A stretch of 64,000 nucleotides of DNA, taken from assembly GCF_009914755.1 (NCBI RefSeq), contig NC_060933.1. One strand, 5' to 3'. The stretch comes from the human T2T-CHM13v2.0 reference genome, Homo sapiens. Every line of letters starts with the position of its first letter. Within the stretch, counting starts at the first letter, position 1. Positions 57,601 to 64,000 of the stretch are shown here, in pieces. The notes below the pieces were generated by a model. The model did not search any database. It was not told where the DNA came from and saw nothing but the letters and a program-made list of their open reading frames with translations. A program made the translations under genes and the position numbers.

Positions 57601-60600
57601 GAATGGAATGGATTGGAATGGATTGCAATGGAATGAAATGGAATGGAATGGAATGGAATCAATCATTCCGAGTGGAATGGAAGGGAACGTAATGGAGTGG
57701 AAAGAAGGGAATGGAATAAACCCGAGTGGAATGCAACGCAATGGAATGGAATGGAAAGGAATGGAATGGAATCAACTCGATGGCAATGGAATGGAAAGGA
57801 ATGGAATGGAATGGAATGGAATTAATCCGAATAGAATGGAATGGAATGGAATGGAATGGAAGGGAATGGAATCAACACGAGTGCAGGGGAATGGAATGGA
57901 ATGCAATGGAATGGAATCATCCGGAATGGAATGGAATGGAATGGAATCAACTCCATTGCAATGGAATGGAATGGAATTGAATGGAATAGAATGGAATGGA
58001 ATTAACCTGAATAGAATGGAATGCAATAGAATGGAATGCAACGGAACCGAATGGAGTGGAATGGAATGGAATGGAATCATCCCGAGTACAGGGGAATGGA
58101 ATGGAATGCAATGCAATGGAATGGAGTCATCCGTAATGGAATGGAAAGGAATGGAATGGAATGGAATGGAATGGAACGGAATGGAATGGAATGGAATGGA
58201 ATCAACTCGATGGCAATCGAATGGAATGGAATGGAATTAACCCGAATAGAATGGAATGGAATGGAATGGAACGGAACGGAATGGAATGGAATGGAATGGA
58301 ATGGAATGGAATGGAACGGAACGGAATGGAATGGAATGGAATGGAATGGAATCAACGCGAGTGCAGGGGAATGGAATGGAATGGAATGTAATGGAATGGA
58401 ACCTTCCGGAATGGAATGGAATGGAATGGAATGGAATGAAAGGCAATGGATTAAACTCGATTGCAATGGAATGGAAGAGAATGGAATGGAATGGAATGGA
58501 ATGGAATGGAATGGAATGCCTTCAAACCGAAAGGAATGGAAAGGAATGGAATCAACACGAGTGGAAAGGAATGGAATGGAAAGGAATGGAATGGAATGGA
58601 ATGGTACGGAATAGAATGGAATGGAACGAACTGGAATGGAATGGAATGGAGTGGAATGGAATGGAATGGAATGGAATGGAATCGTTCCGAGTGGAATAGG
58701 AGGGAATGTATTCGAGTGGAATGGAAAGGAATGGAATCAACCAGAGTGGAATGGAATGGAATGGAATGGAATGGAATGGAATCAACTCGATTGTAATGGA
58801 ATGGAATGGAATGGAATGGAATGGAATGGAATGGAATGGAATTGAATGGAATCAACTCGATTGTAATGGAATGGAATGGAATGGAATGGAATGGAATGGA
58901 ATGGAATGGAATGGAATTAACCCGAATACAATGGAATGGAATGGAATGGAACGGAATGGAGTGGAATGGAATGGAATCAACCCGAGTGCAGGGGAATGGA
59001 ATGGAATGGAATGCAATGGAATGGAATCATCCGGAATGGAATGGAATGGAATGGAATGTAAAGCAATGGAATCAACTCAATTGCAATGGAATGGAATGGA
59101 ATGGAAAGGAATAGAATGGAATCAACCCGAGTGTAATGGAATGGAAAGGACTGGAATGGAGTGGAATGGAATGGAATGGAATGGAATGGAATCAACTCGA
59201 TTGGAATGGAATGGAATGGAATGGAATGGAATTAACCCGAATAGAATGGAATCGAATGGAATGGAACGGAATGGAATGGAATGGAATGGAATGGAATGGA
59301 ATGGAATGGAATGGAATGGAATCAACCCGACTGCAATGGAATGGAATGGAATGGAATGGAATCGAATGGAATGGAATGGAATTAACCGGAATGGAATGGA
59401 ATGGAATGGAATGGAACGGAATGGAACGGAATCGAATGGAATGGAATGGAATGGAATGGAATGGAATCAACCCGAGTGCAGGGGAATGGAATGGAATGGA
59501 ATGCAATGGAATGGAATCATCCGGAATGGAATGGAATGCAATGGAATGCAATCAACCTGATGCAATGGAATGGAGTGGAATGGAATGGAATGGAATGGAA
59601 ACATCCGAATGGAATGGAATGTAATGGAGTGTAAGGGAATTCAATAGAAACAATCCGAATGTAACGGAATGGAATGCAATGAAATGGAATGGAATGGAAT
59701 GGAATGGAATCAACCCGAATGCAATGGAATGGATTCGATTGGAATGGAATGGAATGCAATGGATTCAACAAGAATGGAATGGAAAGGAATGGAATCAACC
59801 CGAGTGGAATGGCATGGAATGGAACGGAATGGAATGGGATGGAATGGAATGGTACGGAATAGAATGGAATGGAATGGAATGGAATGGAATGGAATGGAAT
59901 GGAATGGAATGGAATGGAATGAACCCGTGTGCAATGGAATGGAATGGAATGGAATGGAATGGATTCAACTCGAATGGAATCCACTCGATTGCAATGGAAT
60001 GGAATGGAATGGAATTGAAAGGAATAGAATGGAATCAACCAGAGTGGAATGGAATGGAAAGGACTGGAATGGTGTGGAATGGAATGGAATGGAATTAACC
60101 CGAATAGAATGAAATGGAACGGAATGGAATGTAATGTAATGTAATGGAATGGAATAGAATCAACCCTAGTGCAGGGGAATGGAATGGAATGGAATGCAAT
60201 GGAATGGAATCATCCCGAATGGAATGGAATGGAATGGAATGGAATGGTATTGAATGGAATGGAATCAACTCGATTTCAATGGAATGGAATAGAATAGAAT
60301 GGAACGGAATTAACACGAATAGAATGGAATGGAATGGAATGGAATGGAATGGAACAGAAAGGAATGGAATGGAATGGAATGGAATCAACCCAAGTGCAGG
60401 GGAATGGAATGGAATGGAATTCCATGGAATGGAATCATCCGGAATGGAATGGAATGGAATGGAATGGAATGGAATCAAGCCGAGTGCAATGGAATGGAGA
60501 GGAATGGAATGGAATGGAATGGAAACTACACGAATGGAATGGAATGTAATGGAGTGTAAGGGAATTGAATAGAATGCATCCGAATGGAATGGAATGGAAT

Positions 60601-63600
60601 GGAATGGAAAGGAATGGAATGGAATGGAATGGAATGGAATGCAATGCCATGGAATCAACCCGAGTGCAATCGAATGGAATCGAATGGAATGGAATGCAAT
60701 GGAATGGATTCAACTAGAATGGAATGGAAAGAATGGAATCAACACGAGTGGAATGGCATGGATTGGAATGGAATGGAATAGAATCAACCCGAGTACAGGG
60801 GAATGGAATGGAATGGAATGAAATGGAATGGAATCACCCGTAATGTAATGGAAAGGAATGGAATGGAATGGAATGGAATGGAATGGAATGGAATCAGCTC
60901 GATTGCAATTGAATGGAATGGAATGGAATTAACCCGAATAGAATGGAATGGAATGGAATGGAATGGAACGGAACGGAATGGAATGGAATGGAATGGAATG
61001 GAACGGATCGGAATGGAATGGAATGGAATGGAATGGAATCAACGCGAGTGCAGGGGAATGGAATGGAATGGAATGCAATGGAATGGAAACTTCCGGAATG
61101 GAATGGAATGTAATGGAATTGAATGGAGTGGAATTGAATAAACCCGAGTGCAATGGAATGGAGTGGAATGGAATGGAATGGAATGGAACAACCCGAATGG
61201 AATGGAATGTAATGGAGAGTAAGGGTGTTGAATAGAATCAATCCGAATATAATGGAATGGAATGGAACGGAATGGAATTGAATGGAATGGAATGGAATGC
61301 AATGGAATGGAATCAACCTGAGTGCAATGGAATGGAGAGGAATGGAATGGAATGGAATGGAAACTACCCGAATGGAATGGAATGTAATGGAGTGTAAGGG
61401 AATTGAATAGAATCAATCCGAATGTAATGGAATGGAATGGAACGGAATGGAATGGAATGGAATGGAATGGAATGGAATGGAATGGAATGGAATGCAATGG
61501 AATGGAATTAACCCAAATGCAATCGAATGGAATGGAATGCAATGGAATGGATTCAACTTGAATGGAATGGAATGAATGGACTCAACACGAGTGGAAGGGC
61601 ATGGATTGTAATGCAATGGAATGGAATCAACCCGAGTACAGGGGAATGGAATGGAATGGAATGCAATGAAACGGAATCATCCGTAATGGAATGGAAAGGA
61701 ATGGAATGAAATGGAATGGAATGGAATGGAATGGAATGGAATCAACACGATTGCAATCGAATGGAATGGAATGGAATTAACCCGAATAGAATGGAATGGA
61801 ATGGAATGGAACGGAACGGAATGGAATGGAATGGAATGGAATGGAATGGAACGGAACGGAATGGAATGGAATGGAATGGAATGGTATGGAATGGAATGGA
61901 ATGGTACGGAATAGAATGGAATGGAACGAATTGTAATGGAATGGAATTGAATGGAATGGAATGGAATGCAATGGAATCAACGCGAGTGCAGGGGAATGTA
62001 ATGGAATGGAATGCAATGGAATGGAATCATCCGGAATGGAATGGAATGGAATGGAATGGAATGGAATCAACCCGAGTGCAATGGAATGGAGTGGAATGGA
62101 ATGGAATGGAATGGAACAACCCGAATGGAATGGAATGTAATGGAGAGTAAGGGAGTTGAATAGAATCAATCCGAATGTAATGGAATGGAATGCAACGGAA
62201 TGGAATGGAATGGAATGGAATGGAATGCAAAGGAATGGAATCAACCCGAGTGGAATGGCATGGAATGGAATGCAATGGATTGGAATGGAATGGAATCAAC
62301 TCGAGTGGAAAGGAATGGAATGGAATGGAAAGGAATGGAATGAAGTCAACTTGAGTGGAATGGAATGGAATGGAATGGATTGGAATGGATTGCAATGGAA
62401 TGAAATGGAATGGAATGGAATGGAATCAATCATTCCGAGTGGAATGGAAGGGAATGTAATGGAGTGGAAAGAAGGGAATGGAATCAACCCGAGTGGAATG
62501 CAAGGCAATGAAATGGAATGGAAAGGAATGGAATGGAATCAACTCGATTCCAATGGAATGGATTGGAATGGAATGGAATGGAATGGAATTAACCGGAATA
62601 GAATGGAATGGAATGGAATGCAACGGAATGGAAAGAACACGAGTGCAGGGGAATGGAATGGAATGGAATGCAATGGAATGGAATCATCCGGAATGGAATG
62701 GAATGGAATGTAATAAACTCCATTGCAATGGAATGGAATGGAATGGAATGGAATAGAATGGAATGGAATTAACCCGAATAGAATGGAATGCAATAGAATG
62801 GAATGCAACGGAACCGAATGGAGTGGAATGGAATGGAATGGAATCAACCCGAGTACAGGGGAATGGAATGGAATGGAATGCAATGGAATGGAGTCATCCG
62901 TAATGGAATGGAAAGGTATGGAATGGAATGGAATGGAATGGAATGGAATGGAACGGAATCAACTCGATGGCAATCGAATGGAATGGAATGGAATTAACCC
63001 GAATAGAATGGAATGGAATGGAATGGAACGGAACGGAATGGAATGGAATGGAATGGAATGGAATGGAACGGAACGGAATGGAATGGAATGGAATGGAATG
63101 GAATCAACGCGAGTGCAGGGGAATGGAATGGATTGGAATGTAATGGAATGGAATCATCCGGAATGGAATGGAATGGAATGGAATGCAATGAAAGGCAATG
63201 GATTCAACTCGATTGCAATGGAATGGAATAGAATGGAATGGAATGGAATGGAATGGAATTGAATGGAATGGAATGCCTTCAAACCGAATGGAATGGAAAG
63301 GAATGGAATCATCACGAGTGGAAAGGAATGGAATGGAAAGGAATGAAATGGAATGGAATGGTACGGAATAGAATGGAATGGAACGAACTGGAATGGAATG
63401 GAATGGAATGGAATGGAATGGAATGGAATGGAATGGAATCGTTCCGAGTGGAATAGGAGGGAATGTATTCGAGAGGAATGGAAAGGAATGGAATCAACCA
63501 GAGTGGAATGGAAGGGAATGGAATGGAATGGAAACTAATAGAATGGAATCAAGCCGAGTGGAATGGAATGGAAAGGACTGGAATGGAATGGAATGGAATG

Positions 63601-64000
63601 GAATGGAATGGAATGGAATCAACTCGATTGTAATGGAATGGAATGGAATGGAATGCAATGGAATGGAATGGAATGGAATTAACCCGAATAAAATGGAATG
63701 GAATGGAATGGAACGGAATGGAGTGGAATGGAATGGAATCAACCCGAGTGCAGGGGAATGGAATGGAATGGAATGCAATGGAATGGAATCATCCGGAATG
63801 GAATGGAATGGAATGGAATGCAAAGCAATGGAATCAACTCGATTGCAATGGAATGGAATAGAGTGGAAAGGAATAGAATGGAATCAACCCGAGTGTAATG
63901 GAATGGAAAGGACTGGAATGGAGTGGAATGGAATGGAATGGAATGGAATGGAATCAACTCGATTGGAATGCAATGGAATAGAATGGAATGGAATGGAATG
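44536..64000 (+). repeat. Macro-repeat copy 2 (truncated by window end; carries an internal tandem duplication and lacks ~3.74 kb)
   Basis: Matched ORF-track pairs: 13625/45000/47197, 15533/49115, 20052/49901, 23550/53483, 27431/57369, 33801/63739. Base 63,961 aligns with 34,023 (offset 29,938). Confidence 0.88.

Larger units (their letters stand above)
2254..61099. promoter_or_regulatory. Dispersed perfect heat-shock-element matches (gGAAtcTTCcgGAAt and spacer variants), 29 sites; occupancy not shown
   Basis: 15-mers matching nGAAnnTTCnnGAAn start at 2254, 4695, 6471, 8353, 17263, 18156, 20427, 22280, 22923, 24022, 25550, 28460, 31142, 35669, 36374, 37073, 37787, 39401, 42713, 43541, 44403, 46600, 50276, 52079, 52856, 53955, 55463, 58398 and 61085. 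HSF1 binding to satellite III under heat shock is established, but function at these sites is inferred. Confidence 0.55.
1..64000 (+). repeat. Satellite III (HSat3-type) array, (GGAAT)n/(ATTCC)n with CAACCCGA(G/A)T interruptions
   Basis: GGAAT pentamers run from first to last base in one orientation. The decamer CAACCCGAGT (ACTCGGGTTG on -), characteristic of satellite 3, recurs throughout (e.g. 69, 599, 769, 1816). The CATTCGATTC-dominated pattern of HSat2 is not the main repeat. Confidence 0.97.

Noticed and set aside
2254-61099. TTCCGGAA as a STAT site, or GGAA as an EWS-FLI1 microsatellite
   Set aside because: STAT sites need TTC-N3/N4-GAA, while here the spacer is 2 (HSE geometry). EWS-FLI1 elements are tandem 4-bp GGAA, not 5-bp GGAAT.
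167-62170. TTGAATAGAATCA as a DUX4 site
   Set aside because: It shares only the AATCA half with the TAAYYYAATCA-type consensus; the TAA half is missing.
779-63760. G-quadruplex potential from GCAGGGG and GG dinucleotides
   Set aside because: GGGG tracts are isolated, usually far apart, and never four close together. The backbone has only GG steps.
13-63957. Hundreds of ORFs (MEWNG.../IPFHS...) as protein-coding genes
   Set aside because: A stop-free 5-bp repeat gives the same pentapeptide in every frame. The ORFs overlap in all six frames, have no domains, and change frame between duplicate copies.
1-64000. CRISPR-like array (recurrent modules separated by variable stretches)
   Set aside because: The intervening stretches are GGAAT runs, not unique spacers. 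There is no constant repeat or spacer length and no cas genes.
1-64000. Transposon insertions (Alu, L1, LTR), unique islands or inversions
   Set aside because: I saw no stretch leaving the pentamer-derived pattern, no poly-A tails, and no switch to (ATTCC)n on the + strand.
1-64000. Telomeric repeat, alpha satellite or HSat2
   Set aside because: No TTAGGG arrays and no 171 bp monomer. CGAAT pentamers are occasional rather than dominant, and CAACCCGAGT points to satellite 3.
1-64000. Assignment to a specific chromosome or HSat3 subfamily (e.g. 9q12 or DYZ1)
   Set aside because: Needs alignment to a T2T assembly or subfamily k-mers. Irregular EcoRI spacing and mosaic structure argue against a clean DYZ1-type unit; a chr9-like identity is plausible but unproven.

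Overview
The whole 64 kb window is one uninterrupted classical satellite III (HSat3-type) array. It is (GGAAT)n on the + strand, with short pure runs of about 12 pentamers at most, separated by recurrent diverged modules such as CAACCCGAGT, CAACGCGAGTGCAGGGG, CAACTCGATT, TTAACCCGAATAG, CATCC/CTTCC and GAGAGTAAGGGAGTTGAATAGAATCAATCCGAAT. This is typical of human or great-ape pericentromeric heterochromatin; the chromosome cannot be assigned by eye. I see no genes, RNA genes, transposons, CRISPR arrays or inversions. All listed ORFs (WNGME on +, IPFHS on -) are by-products of the pentamer repeat. The real content is nested structure: a fixed module order forming a ~0.85 kb unit; an echo of ~3.5-3.7 kb spacing; several kb-scale duplications; a near-identical 2,197 bp tandem duplication; and an apparent ~31.4 kb tandem macro-duplication (13,151-44,535, repeated from 44,536 to the window end) whose second copy lacks ~3.74 kb. 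One module forms a perfect three-unit heat-shock element (nGAAnnTTCnnGAAn) at 29 sites counted by eye. I found no new protein-coding system. All coordinates and counts are manual and need computational confirmation.
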